Made by a program: the position numbers and the translations under genes. The notes under the pieces are model-generated. The model was not told the origin of the DNA. It saw only the letters and a list, made by a program, of their open reading frames with translations, and searched no databases. A stretch of 64,000 bases of DNA from Gemmatimonadota bacterium (GTDB taxonomy: Bacteria > Gemmatimonadota > Gemmatimonadetes > Longimicrobiales > Gaopeijiaceae), in the NCBI GenBank assembly GCA_034521595.1, contig JAXHMG010000001.1, positions 52,857-116,856 of the forward strand, written 5' to 3'. Shown here one piece after another: positions 9,340 through 19,281 of the stretch (the stretch's first letter is position 1; each line of letters begins with the position of its first letter).

Positions 9340-9935
9340 TACGACTTGGCCGGGCTCTTGCCGCTGGAAGCGTCCTTGGCCTTCTCCGGGCTCGTGGCGG
9401 CCTGACTGGCCGGAGGGTTGGAGTCCGAGGCGATCTTCTCGCCGGCCTGGGTCTCGGATCCCTTGCTCGTGTTCGTTGGCTTGCCGGAAGCTCGACCGCT
9501 ACCGGTGGCTTTGGTTTGACCGCCGGACCCGTTCGCCCCCATGTCGACGAGACCCCGGAACGTCGCCCCGTCCTCGAGCACCACCCGCGGCGCTTTGATG
9601 TCTCCGTGGACCTGCGCTGAGCCGCGCAAGATGATCTGCTCTTCAGCGGTGAGATCACCTTCCACACGACCTTCGATCGTGATGAGCCGCCCCAAGATAT
9701 CGGCATTGACCCGGCCTTCGCTGCCGACGCCCACGGCGTGTTGAGCGAGCGTCACGGAGCCGTCGACCTTGCCCTGGATCAGGAGATCCTCGCTGCCGGT
9801 CACGTCCCCCTTGATGCTGATCGAAGGACCGATGGTCGCGCGCCCGGAATCCCCGGAGGCGGGTTTCTGTCCGGTGGTGCGCGGGGTGGTTCCTGCATTC
9901 GACGGCGCCGGCTGCTCTTCGTCTTTCTTCCACAT
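9339..9935 (-). CDS. bactofilin (polymer-forming cytoskeletal protein, DUF583)
   Basis: 198 aa. Central repeated beta-helix pattern (ISIKGDVTGSEDLLIQGKVDGSV... VNADILGRLITIEGRVEGDL... VHGDIKAPRVVLEDGATFRG) flanked by disordered Pro/Ser/Lys-rich tails. Confidence 0.85.
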   Translation of the reverse strand: MWKKDEEQPAPSNAGTTPRTTGQKPASGDSGRATIGPSISIKGDVTGSEDLLIQGKVDGSVTLAQHAVGVGSEGRVNADILGRLITIEGRVEGDLTAEEQIILRGSAQVHGDIKAPRVVLEDGATFRGLVDMGANGSGGQTKATGSGRASGKPTNTSKGSETQAGEKIASDSNPPASQAATSPEKAKDASSGKSPAKS

Positions 9936-10132
9936 AGCTCCCCCAAGGATGCGTGGCCGTGCGGCAGGGCAGCACGGCGCTGTAACACGTCCTGGGAAGG
10001 AGGTGCAACAAGCTTGCCAAAGCCGGGTGGGCTTTCGGACGCGCGGTCATCGGCCTCAGTTATGTTGGAACCGATCCTGGCCCCGGCGGTCCATGCACGC
10101 AGCAGGGACCGCCTCCAACCGGTGCCCCGAGC

Positions 10133-11275
10133 ATGTCATCACCCACCAAGCTCCAACGTTGGCTGGACGTCGTCGCCTACCTGGCCGGACGACGCTTGCC
10201 CGTCGCCACGGAAGACCTCTGGAAGGCGGTGCCGGCGTACCGCCCCGGACTGGAGGGCACGGACGGAGAGAAGCAGAAGGTGCGCCGGATGTTCGAGCGC
10301 GACAAAGACGAGTTGCGCGACCTCGGCATCCCGATCGAGACGGTGAGCTACTCGATCAACTACGGGCTCGAGCACGTCACCGGGTATCGGCTGGAGACCC
10401 GGGACTTTCACCTGCCGTACCTCAGGCTCGTCGCCGATGCCAGAGCGGCCGACACGGAAGATGGCACGGAGCGCGGGGGGCGCCCCGCAACCGATCCGGC
10501 GGGAGCCTTCGCCCTGGACCGAGGGGAGGCGGGAGCCGCGCTGGAAGGGCTGAGCGAACTCGCCGAGATCCCGTCGTTTCCGCTGCGCGGCGCCGCTCGC
10601 TCCGGTCTCCGTAAGCTCACCTTCGACCTCGATCCCGACACGCTGCGGGAAGCGCCCGTCGTCTACGCGACCGATCCCGAGACGGAGGCCGCCCGGGACA
10701 CGCTCCGTGCCCTCTCCAGCGCTGTGCAGAGCCGAAAGCGGGTCTCCTTCCTCTACCGCGCCATCACGCGTGAAGCCGAAGCGTGGCGTCGCGCCCATCC
10801 CTATGGGCTGCTGTTCCAGCACGGCCGTTGGTACATGGTGGGATGGGACGTCGACCGGGAAGCCGAGCGCATGTTCCGGGTTGGCCGGATGAGTGAGGTC
10901 CGGCCGGACCGACAGGGAGGCGGCCCCGACTACGAGGTGCCGGCAGCGTTCGACCTGAACGCCTACGCCGGACGCTCGGCCTGGGAGGTCGGAGAGGATC
11001 CGGAAGGCTCGGTCGGAGCGCTCGTGCGCTTCCGGTTTCCACGCTCCCTCTGGGCGGAGCGCAACGACCACGGCCAACTCGTCGCCGAGCAGGAGGACGG
11101 AAGCCAGCTCAGACGATTCCCGATTCTCCGCCGGGACCCGTTCCTGCGTTGGATTTTGAGCCTCGGCGGGGACGCTTGGATCGAGAGCCCTGAAGCGCTC
11201 CGCGATGCCTTCGGGTCCCTGGCCACCGAGGTCGCGACGCGTTACGGATACGGAGGAGACGATACCGATGCATGA
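10133..11275 (+). CDS. WYL-domain transcriptional regulator (PafB/PafC-like, HTH-WYL-WCX)
   Basis: 380 aa. N-terminal wHTH-like KLQRWLDVVAYLAGRR. WYL core HPYGLLFQHGRWYMVGWDVDREAERMFRVGRM. Confidence 0.8.
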   Translation: MSSPTKLQRWLDVVAYLAGRRLPVATEDLWKAVPAYRPGLEGTDGEKQKVRRMFERDKDELRDLGIPIETVSYSINYGLEHVTGYRLETRDFHLPYLRLVADARAADTEDGTERGGRPATDPAGAFALDRGEAGAALEGLSELAEIPSFPLRGAARSGLRKLTFDLDPDTLREAPVVYATDPETEAARDTLRALSSAVQSRKRVSFLYRAITREAEAWRRAHPYGLLFQHGRWYMVGWDVDREAERMFRVGRMSEVRPDRQGGGPDYEVPAAFDLNAYAGRSAWEVGEDPEGSVGALVRFRFPRSLWAERNDHGQLVAEQEDGSQLRRFPILRRDPFLRWILSLGGDAWIESPEALRDAFGSLATEVATRYGYGGDDTDA

Positions 11276-11305
11276 GCCAGCACCCCGCATGACCGAGGCA
11301 CACGG

Positions 11306-12307
11306 GTGAGCGGCGGGCATACGGCGCGGGACCGGCTCGAACGCCTGCTGCACGTGCTTCCGGCCGCATCTCGCCCGGAGGGAGCTCCGTTGACCGAGCT
11401 CGCGCGGACGCTCGCCACCTCCGAAGACCGGATCCTGGAGGACATCGAGGAGGTCACCGCCCGCAACTTCTACCACCCGGGCGGTTGGCCCGACGACGTG
11501 CAGATCTTCGTGGAATCGGGACGGGTGAAAGTCGAGCGCGCGGACGGCTTCGAACGGCCCGCCCGGCTCAGCTCCGCCGAGACGCTCTGCCTCGCCCTCG
11601 GGCTCCGGGGACATACGGCGTCGTCCCGCGTGCCCGCGCCGGAGGTCCGCGAGCGGCTCCTCGATCGCGCCGAGCGATATCTCGCGCACGAGGTCCCGTA
11701 CGAGGACGGAGCTCCGACGGTCGCGGCGCCCGAGCGAGAACCGGACCCCGAGGGCATCCGTGAGGTGCTCCTGACCGCCGCGCGTGAGCGCACGCCTTGC
11801 GCCCTCTCCTACGTCAAGGCGGGGGCGCGCGACGCCTCCACGCGCGTGGTGCACCCCTACGTGCTCGCGTACGGTGAAGGGGCCTGGTACGCGGTGGGAC
11901 ACTGCACGCTGGAAGACGATATTCGCGTCTTCCGGACCGACCGTGTGCTCGCCGCGGAACTGGCCGAGGGCCGCTTCGAGATCCCGGCGGACTTCGACCC
12001 CGACCGCTACCTGGACGGAGGGCGGATTTTCCACGCCCGGGACGAGCGTGAGGTGCGCGTGTGGTATTCGGCGCGGATCGCACGCTGGATCCGTGAGCGC
12101 GCTTCCTCGTCCTCGGACGCGGTCGAGCACCGGGAGGACGGCAGCCTCGTGGTTCGCCACCGCGTGGCCGATCCGCACTGGGCGGTGAGCCACGCGCTCC
12201 AGTACGGAGCCGAGGCCGAGATTCTCGAGCCGGCGGACATCCGTGCGCTCGTCGGCGAAGTCGCCGACGAGCTGTCACGCCGTCGCGGGGGCGCTCGACC
12301 GTCCTGA
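11306..12307 (+). CDS. WYL-domain transcriptional regulator, paralogous partner of the preceding gene
   Basis: 333 aa. RLERLLHVLPAASRPEGAPLTELA HTH-like N-terminus. WYL core HPYVLAYGEGAWYAVGHCTLEDDIRVFRTDRV. 30 nt downstream of the first WYL gene. Confidence 0.8.
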   Translation: MSGGHTARDRLERLLHVLPAASRPEGAPLTELARTLATSEDRILEDIEEVTARNFYHPGGWPDDVQIFVESGRVKVERADGFERPARLSSAETLCLALGLRGHTASSRVPAPEVRERLLDRAERYLAHEVPYEDGAPTVAAPEREPDPEGIREVLLTAARERTPCALSYVKAGARDASTRVVHPYVLAYGEGAWYAVGHCTLEDDIRVFRTDRVLAAELAEGRFEIPADFDPDRYLDGGRIFHARDEREVRVWYSARIARWIRERASSSSDAVEHREDGSLVVRHRVADPHWAVSHALQYGAEAEILEPADIRALVGEVADELSRRRGGARPS

Positions 12308-12389
12308 GTGAGCGGCTCCGGCGGCCTCGGACGACGACGATCACGCAGCGGGGGTAGCGCCGAAGCCGGCGTCCCGGAACGATTCGCGG

Positions 12390-12415
12390 GCGGAACGGTG
12401 TTAACACCGTTCCGC
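12390..12415. other. 26-nt perfect palindrome (hairpin or operator) between the WYL pair and rhomboid
   Basis: GCGGAACGGTGTTAACACCGTTCCGC is perfectly self-complementary. No flanking T-run. Confidence 0.6.
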
Positions 12416-12439
12416 GCACCTCCGAGACCGAGATGCAGC

Positions 12440-13156
12440 ATGAGCGACAGCGAGCCCCCACCACCCTTCTCCGAGCCGCCGAGCGCGAATGATGTCGATG
12501 CCCGCAGGGAATCGATGAGGACGCCCGTGGTCACCACGCTCTTCGTGGTCAATCTCGCGGTCTTCTTCCTGTGGGCGTGGCCGGACGTCCCGATGTCGCT
12601 CATGATGGAGCATTTCCTCGTGAGCTGGCCACCGCTCCTCGAAGGACGTGTGTGGGTGCTCCTCACCTCGGTCTTCTCGCACAACCTGCTCCTGCATCTC
12701 CTGGTCAACATGGTCGTCCTGTTGAGCTTCGGAAAACCGATGGAGTTGCTCATGGGTCGCCGCACCTTCCTGATGTTTTTCCTGGGCGCGGGCATCGCCG
12801 CATCGTTGGCGCACGCCGTGACGTCACGCTTTCTGCTGGACCGGCCGGACCTCCAGGCCCTCGGCGCTTCAGGCGCGCTCGCGGGGGTGCTGATGCTCTT
12901 CTCGTTCTCCTTTCCGAAGGCGAAGGTCTTCTTCCTGTTCTTCATTCCGGTGCCGGCCATCCTGGCTGCGCTCGCCTTCATCGCGATCGACGTGTGGGGG
13001 CTGATCGCCCAGATCGGCGGGAGCACGCTGCCGATCGGGCACGGTGCACACCTCGGCGGCGGACTCGTCGGGATCCTGTACTACCTGGCCCGCGGCCGCG
13101 AGCTGCGGAAGCAGCGTGATCGTTTGAGCTTCGGCCTCTCGCCGGACGCCCCCTGA
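12440..13156 (+). CDS. rhomboid-family intramembrane serine protease
   Basis: ATG at 12440 (MSDSEPPPP...). TM-rich. Has FSHNLLLHLLVNM (HxxxN-like), the catalytic GASGALAG motif and a downstream GHGAHLGG histidine. The upstream extension in the ORF track is unlikely. Confidence 0.85.
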   Translation: MSDSEPPPPFSEPPSANDVDARRESMRTPVVTTLFVVNLAVFFLWAWPDVPMSLMMEHFLVSWPPLLEGRVWVLLTSVFSHNLLLHLLVNMVVLLSFGKPMELLMGRRTFLMFFLGAGIAASLAHAVTSRFLLDRPDLQALGASGALAGVLMLFSFSFPKAKVFFLFFIPVPAILAALAFIAIDVWGLIAQIGGSTLPIGHGAHLGGGLVGILYYLARGRELRKQRDRLSFGLSPDAP

Positions 13157-13231
13157 CTCCGGGCCTACCGCGAGCTGATAGATTCCCGGCCCGCCACCGC
13201 CCCCTCGATCCTCCGACCGCCCGCACCACTC

Positions 13232-15067
13232 TTGGCCCTCGTCAGCGCACAGAATCTCACGATCGCCTTCGGCGGCCATCCGCTCCTCGACGACGCGACC
13301 CTCCAGATCGAGCGCAGCGAGCGCATCGGGCTGGTGGGACGGAACGGCGAGGGTAAATCGACCCTCCTGAACATCGTCTCCGGCGAGATCGGGCCGGACG
13401 ACGGCACCGTGGCCCTGGGCACGGGCGTGCGGGTGTCCCTTCTGCCTCAGGACGTTCCCGCCGGCCTGCCCGAGACCGTCGAGGAGGTCATCGCGTCGGG
13501 ACTGCCCCGGCACGCGCAAGGACAACACCACATCCAGCGACAGCTTTCGCTCATGGAGCTCGACCCCGGCGCGCGCTTCCACGAGCTCTCGGGAGGACAG
13601 AAGCGACGCGCGCTCCTCGGGCGAGCCTTGGTGGAGGATCCGGACGTCCTCCTGCTCGACGAGCCGACCAACCACCTCGATCTCGAAAGCATCGAGTGGC
13701 TCGAGGGGTTCCTCAAGCGCTTCGCGGGCAGCCTCCTCTTCGTCACCCACGACCGGGCGTTCCTGCAGGCGCTCGCCACCCGGATCGTCGAGCTCGACCG
13801 CGGCGCGCTCACGTCGTGGGCATGCGGGTACCGAACCTACCTGGAACGCAAGGAGGAGCAGCTCCGCGCCGAAGAGAAGCGTTGGGCGGAGTTCGACCGC
13901 AAGCTCTCGGAGGAGGAGGCGTGGATCCGGAAGAACATCAAGGCTCGCCGCACGCGTAACGAGGGGCGCGTCCGGGCCCTCCAGGCGATGCGCAAGGAGC
14001 GGCGGAAGCGCCGCGAGCGCGTCGGTGAAGTGCGCATGAACATCCAGGAGGCCGAGCGGTCCGGAACCCGCGTGATCGTGGCCAAGGGAGTCAGCTTCGG
14101 TTACGGGGACGAGGACGCCGGAGACGAGGGTACGGCCGAGCCACTGATCCGGGACTTCTCGACCACCATCATGCGTGGGGACAAGATCGGGATCATCGGC
14201 CCGAACGGCGTGGGGAAGACGACGCTCATCCAGCTCCTGTTGGATCGCCTCCAGCCCGACGCGGGGACCGTGGAGCACGGGACGTCGCTCCAGGTACGCT
14301 ACTTCGACCAGCACCGCGAGGAGCTCGACGAGGCGGAGACGGTCGCCGAAGCCGTGGGCTTCGGAAGCGACCACGTCGAGATCGACGGCGAGCGCCGCCA
14401 CGTCATGAGCTACCTACAGGACTTCCTGTTCACCGCCGAGCGCGCGCGACAGCCGATCCGCTCGCTGTCCGGAGGTGAGCGAAACCGACTCCTCCTGGCC
14501 CGCCTCTTCACCCGTCCCGCCAACGTGCTCGTCTTGGACGAGCCCACCAACGATCTCGACACCGAGACGCTCGAGCTCCTCGAGAGCCGTCTCGTGTCGT
14601 TCAGCGGCACCGTCCTGACGGTGAGCCACGACCGCGCCTTCCTCGACAACCTCTGCACCAACACGTTCGTGTTCGAAGGCGGGGGACGAGTGAAGGAGTA
14701 CGTGGGGGGATACTCGGATTGGAAGCGCGCGGTCGCACGTCGGACATCGGAGGACGACGGAGACGAAGAGGGCGAAAGCGGACAGCGAAAGGGCGGCGAT
14801 CGAGCCCGGAGCCCGAAGAGCGGCACCGGAGCCAAGCGCCCGAAGAAGCTCACCTACAACGACCAGCGTGAGCTCGAGCGTCTTCCCGGCACCATCGAGA
14901 AGCTCGAGGCTGAGCTCGCCGAAGCGCACGAAGCGCTGGCCGACCCCGAGCTCTACAAGCGGGACCCCGAGGCCGTGAGCGAGGTCACGCGGAAGGCCGA
15001 AGCGCTCGAGCGGAAGATCGAAGAGGCCTTCGATCGGTGGGCCGAGCTGTCCGAGCGAGCCGGGTGA
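13232..15067 (+). CDS. ABC-F family ATPase (Uup-like, two ABC domains plus C-terminal coiled coil)
   Basis: 611 aa. Two Walker A motifs (GRNGEGKST, GPNGVGKTT), two signature motifs (LSGGQKRR, LSGGERNR), no TM domain, basic C-terminal tail. Confidence 0.9.
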   Translation: MALVSAQNLTIAFGGHPLLDDATLQIERSERIGLVGRNGEGKSTLLNIVSGEIGPDDGTVALGTGVRVSLLPQDVPAGLPETVEEVIASGLPRHAQGQHHIQRQLSLMELDPGARFHELSGGQKRRALLGRALVEDPDVLLLDEPTNHLDLESIEWLEGFLKRFAGSLLFVTHDRAFLQALATRIVELDRGALTSWACGYRTYLERKEEQLRAEEKRWAEFDRKLSEEEAWIRKNIKARRTRNEGRVRALQAMRKERRKRRERVGEVRMNIQEAERSGTRVIVAKGVSFGYGDEDAGDEGTAEPLIRDFSTTIMRGDKIGIIGPNGVGKTTLIQLLLDRLQPDAGTVEHGTSLQVRYFDQHREELDEAETVAEAVGFGSDHVEIDGERRHVMSYLQDFLFTAERARQPIRSLSGGERNRLLLARLFTRPANVLVLDEPTNDLDTETLELLESRLVSFSGTVLTVSHDRAFLDNLCTNTFVFEGGGRVKEYVGGYSDWKRAVARRTSEDDGDEEGESGQRKGGDRARSPKSGTGAKRPKKLTYNDQRELERLPGTIEKLEAELAEAHEALADPELYKRDPEAVSEVTRKAEALERKIEEAFDRWAELSERAG

Positions 15068-15126
15068 GGGGCGCGGCCGAGGCCGTCGGGTTGCGCCGAA
15101 CGTCGACGGCAAAGCAGCGTTAGCGC

Positions 15127-15741
15127 ATGACCATGCCCGCCGACCCACCGGAGACACGCTACCGGTTGCCCCTCTTTCCGCTTCCGGTCGTCCTGCTGCC
15201 GGGCGCTCCTCTGCCGCTCCACATCTTCGAGCCCCGCTACCGGGAGATGCTCGAGGACTGCCTGGATTCGGACCGACGCTTCGGGCTGATCTACCACGAC
15301 CGGGACCGCCGCGGCCCGTTCCTCTGCGAGGAGGGGAGCATCGGATGCATCGCCGAGATCGGAGAGCACCGGGAGCTCAGCGACGGACGCGCCCTCATCG
15401 TCGTGACCGGGGTGGAGCGCTTCCGCATCGTCGACGGCATCGAATCGGACAGCCAATACTTCGAAGGGCTGGTCACGCCTTACGGGGACACCACTGAGCT
15501 TCCGGACGAGCTCCTCGCCTCCAGGCGACGGGAGTCCATCGAGCTCTTCCATCACGTCCTGGACACGCTGAGTGAGCGCCCCGACCAACTGCCCGAGCTA
15601 CAGCCGGACCGCGAGACGTCGTTCCTGCTGGCCCAGACCATCGGGGTCGACCCGTCCTGGCATCAAAGGCTCCTCGAGCTCCGCGACGAACAGGCCCGCC
15701 TCACCGAGCTCGATCGGGTGTTCCGCGCGGCGTTGGATTAG
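15127..15741 (+). CDS. LON substrate-binding (Lon N-terminal) domain protein
   Basis: 204 aa starting YRLPLFPLPVVLLPGAPLPLHIFEPRYREML, the canonical LON N-domain opening. Confidence 0.8.
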   Translation: MTMPADPPETRYRLPLFPLPVVLLPGAPLPLHIFEPRYREMLEDCLDSDRRFGLIYHDRDRRGPFLCEEGSIGCIAEIGEHRELSDGRALIVVTGVERFRIVDGIESDSQYFEGLVTPYGDTTELPDELLASRRRESIELFHHVLDTLSERPDQLPELQPDRETSFLLAQTIGVDPSWHQRLLELRDEQARLTELDRVFRAALD

Positions 15742-15868
15742 TCCCCCTGAGCGTTCGCGCTCCGCTTCCACGAGCCGAGCGGCCAAGAGCACCGTGACGG
15801 GAGTCCCTTGTCCGGCCCGGCCCTGCCTGCTAAGCGTAGTCCTCCCCTTTCCACCCTATGAGCGAGCC

Positions 15869-17149
15869 ATGTCCCCGATCCGACGCCGATTTCGCCCCAG
15901 CCTTCTTTCCCTCGCAGCCACCGTGGCGCTCGTGGCAGCGTGCGGAAGCCCGGACGCCACCTCCGACGCGGACGTGACCGTCTACGAAGGCGCACGCCTG
16001 ATCACCGGAGACGGGAGCGCCCCCATCGAGGACGCGGTCTTCGTGGTGGAAGGCGACCGGTTCGGCGCCGTCGGCCCGCGCGGAAGCGTCGACGTCCCGA
16101 GCGGAGCCACCCGCGTCGATCTGGCGGGCAAAACGGTGATTCCGGCCCTGGTCAACAGCCATATCCACCTCTCTCTGGACCGCGCCGAGCGTGAAGATCA
16201 GCTCCGCCACATGGCGTACTACGGGGCGGGCACGGTGGTCAGCCTCGGGCTCGACGAAGGCGAGGTGCCGTTCGAGCTCCGGGACGAGCCGATCCCGGAC
16301 GGGGCGCGCACGCTCATCGCCGGTCGGGGCATCACCTCACCGGAGCCCGGACGCTCCGAGATCCCGCACTGGGTGACGACCGAGCAGGAAGCCCGTGGAG
16401 CGGTACGGGAGCTGGCCGAGCAGAACGTCGATCTGGTCAAGATCTGGGTCGATGACCGGAACGGGCAGTACGAGAAGCTGTCCGAGCCCCTCTACACCGC
16501 CATCATCGACGAGGCGCACCGGCACGACCTGATCGTGGCCGCCCACATCTTCGCGCTCGAAGACGCCAAGAAGCTGCTGCGGGCCGGTGTGGACGCGTTC
16601 GCGCACAGCATCCGCGACCGGGACATCGATCAGGAGCTGCTCGACCTGTGGAGCCAGCGACCGGAAGCGGTGCTCATCCCGAACCTGTCGAGCCCGGGGG
16701 TCGTGACCGACCTGTCGTGGGTATCCACAGTGCCCCCCGACGAGCTGGCCGCGATGCAGGAGCGCCAGACCGCCCGCCCGGAGGCGCAAGAGGCGTTCGC
16801 GATTCAGGCACGCAACCTCGACCGGCTGAACGAAGCGGGCAGACGCATCGCGTTCGGGACGGACGGGAGCACGCCCTGGGCCGTTCACCTCGAGCTCGAG
16901 GACATGGTGCGCGCGGGGCTCACCCCGTCCGAGGCGCTCACGGCCGCGACCCGCAACAGCGCGGCCCTTTTCCAGCTCTCCGACATCGGCACCGTGGCAC
17001 CGACCAACGTGGCCGATTTCGTGGTCCTCGACGCCAACCCGCTCGACGACATCACGAACACGCGTCGAATCAGTGACGTGTACCTGCGAGGCGCGGCGAT
17101 CGACCGGGAGGCGATGGCCGCCCGCTTCCGGGGTGAAGCGATGCAGTGA
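15869..17149 (+). CDS. amidohydrolase-family lipoprotein (imidazolonepropionase/Xaa-Pro dipeptidase-like)
   Basis: ATG at 15869 gives MSPIRRRFRPSLLSLAATVALVAACGS (lipobox). Has VIPALVNSHIHL metal-binding HxH, later AAHIFAL, AFAHSI and FGTDGS motifs. Confidence 0.8.
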   Translation: MSPIRRRFRPSLLSLAATVALVAACGSPDATSDADVTVYEGARLITGDGSAPIEDAVFVVEGDRFGAVGPRGSVDVPSGATRVDLAGKTVIPALVNSHIHLSLDRAEREDQLRHMAYYGAGTVVSLGLDEGEVPFELRDEPIPDGARTLIAGRGITSPEPGRSEIPHWVTTEQEARGAVRELAEQNVDLVKIWVDDRNGQYEKLSEPLYTAIIDEAHRHDLIVAAHIFALEDAKKLLRAGVDAFAHSIRDRDIDQELLDLWSQRPEAVLIPNLSSPGVVTDLSWVSTVPPDELAAMQERQTARPEAQEAFAIQARNLDRLNEAGRRIAFGTDGSTPWAVHLELEDMVRAGLTPSEALTAATRNSAALFQLSDIGTVAPTNVADFVVLDANPLDDITNTRRISDVYLRGAAIDREAMAARFRGEAMQ

Positions 17150-17164
17150 AGGCGGCCGGCGGCC

Positions 17165-19235
17165 TCAGGCCGTGGCCCGGTCCTCGACCAATCCGCGCCG
17201 CTCGAGCAGGGGGCGGACATCGGCATCACGGCCCCGGAACGCCCGGTAGAGGTCCATCGCCTCCGCGCTACCGCCCCGCGACAAGCACGGTCCTGCGAAG
17301 GTGCTCGCCGTTCTCCCGGCGTAGGCCGCCGTGCTCTTCGAACCACGCCACGGCGTCGGCGTCCAACACCTCCGCCCAGATGTAGGAGTAGTAGCCCGCG
17401 GAGTATCCCCCGAGAATGTGCGAGAAATACGTCACCCGGTAACGCGGGGGCACGACCCTCAGGGCGATCCCCGCGTTCCGCAGCACCTCGGCTTCGAACG
17501 CCATGAGCTCGTCGGCGGCGGGCACCTCGTCCGGCGCGAGCTGGTGCAACGCTTGATCCAACACGCACGCGGCGAGGTATTCCGTGGTCGCGTATCCCTG
17601 ATTGAACCGCCGCATGGCCCGCACCTTCTCCGCGAGCTCGGCGGGTAGGGGCTCGCCGGTCTCGTGGTGCACGGCGTAACGGCTCAGGACCTCCGGCCAG
17701 AGACCCCACACCTCGTTGAGCTGCGAGGGAAACTCGACGAAGTCCCGGGGAACGGACGTGCCCGAAAAGAAGGGATAGCGCACGTCGGAGAGGATGCCGT
17801 GGAGCGCGTGCCCGAACTCGTGGAACATCGTGTTCACCTCCTCGAGCGTGAGGAGCGTAGGCTCTCCCTCGGGCGGCTTCCGGATGTTCTGGTGGTTCCC
17901 TACGACCGGGCGGTCTCCGTGGAGCCCGGATTGCCGCACGTATGCGTTCATCCAGGCTCCACCGCGCTTGGAGGGACGCGCGTAGAGATCGGCCAGGAAC
18001 AACGCGACGGGCGTTCCGGCCTCGTCCACGACGTCGAAGACCCTCACGTCCGGATGGTACGTCGGCAGGTCGAAACGCTCCGAGAAGGACAGGCCGAACA
18101 ACTCCTCCGCCGCGTGGAAGACGCCGTGCTCGAGGACCCGGTTCAGCTCGAGGTACGGCCGCAGCGCGCTCTGTTCCAGGTCGTATTCGGCCCGCCGCAC
18201 CTTTTCCGCGTAGTAAGGCCAGTCCCACGCTTCGAGCTCGATGCCGTCGCCCTCCTCGTCGATCATGCGTTGGAGCCGCTCCGCCTCGCGGCGCGCGTTC
18301 CGCACCGCGGGCGGCACGAGCTGGGAGAGCCGCTCGTTGACGGCATCCGTGCTGCGGGCCGTCTGGTCCTCGAGCACGTAGGCGGCGTGGTTCTCGTAGC
18401 CCAGCAGGCGGGCCCGCTCGGCACGTAGCTCGAGCACGCGGCTCACGATCTCGCGGTTGTCGAACTCGCCACCCCGGCTTCCCCGCGCCAGCGACGCTTC
18501 CAGAATACGCCGGCGGAGGGGACGGTGCTCGAGGGACGCGAGCACCGGCTGCCCGCTGGTGTTCTGGAGTGGCAGCACGTACTTCCCGTCGAGGTCCCGC
18601 TCCCGGGCCGCGTCCGCCGCCGCCGTGATCTCGCCTTCGGAGAGGCCCGCGAGCTCGTCGCGGGAGTCGACCACCACCGCGGAGGCGTTCACCTCTTCGA
18701 GCACGTTCTGGCTGAAACGCGTCGCGAGCTCGGCGAGCTCGGCGTTCATCGCGCGCAGCCGCTCCTTGTCCGCATCGGAGAGTCGAGCGCCCGCCCGCAC
18801 GAACATCAGGTGGTACCGCTCGACCAAGCGACGCGACTCCGCATCGAGCTCGAGCTCGTCGAGGCGGGCGTGAACCGCGTCGATCCGCTCGAACAGCCGA
18901 GGGTCGAGAAGGATGGCGTCGGAGTGCCCGGATAGCTTGGGTGCCATCTCCGTGCGGATGGCCTCGAGCGCGTCGTTCGTGTGCGCCCCGACGAGGTTGG
19001 AGAACGCGAGCCTCACTCGTTGGAGCAGCCGGCCCGAACGCTCGAGCGCCACGCATACGTTCTCTACGGTCGGGGGAGCCGGCTCGGCCGCGATCGCTTC
19101 GACCTCGCGCCGCTGCGCTTCCATGCCCCGTTCGAAAGCCGGGCGGAAATGGTGGGGCTCGATGCGGTCGAATGGCGGAAAGGCGAAGGGAAGATCGCTT
19201 TCGACGAGGAGGGGGTTTTCGGGGTCGTGCGCCAC
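17165..19235 (-). CDS. dcp: M3-family peptidyl-dipeptidase Dcp, with an apparent 1-nt frameshift near the 3' end (~17282)
   Basis: HEFGHALH zinc motif and a Dcp-like N-terminus NPLLVESDLPFAFPPFDRI. Likely GTG start at 19235. The as-read ORF stops at 17268, but the conserved tail SRGGSAEAMDLYRAFRGRDADVRPLLERRGL continues in the +1 frame to TGA at 17165. Confidence 0.85.
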
Positions 19236-19281
19236 GCTCGGTGTCTCCTGGGTTCGCGGATCGGAGGCTGGGGACAGACCG

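Noticed and set aside
10139-12193. 684-aa minus-strand ORF antisense to the two WYL regulator genes
   Set aside because: It is an antisense shadow ORF with Arg/Gly/Pro-rich low-complexity translation. The plus-strand frames carry clear HTH and WYL motifs.
16885-19056. 723-aa minus-strand ORF overlapping dcp in another frame
   Set aside because: It is an off-frame shadow (poly-Arg/Ala/Gly/Pro). The dcp frame has the HEFGH zinc motif and full-length family similarity.
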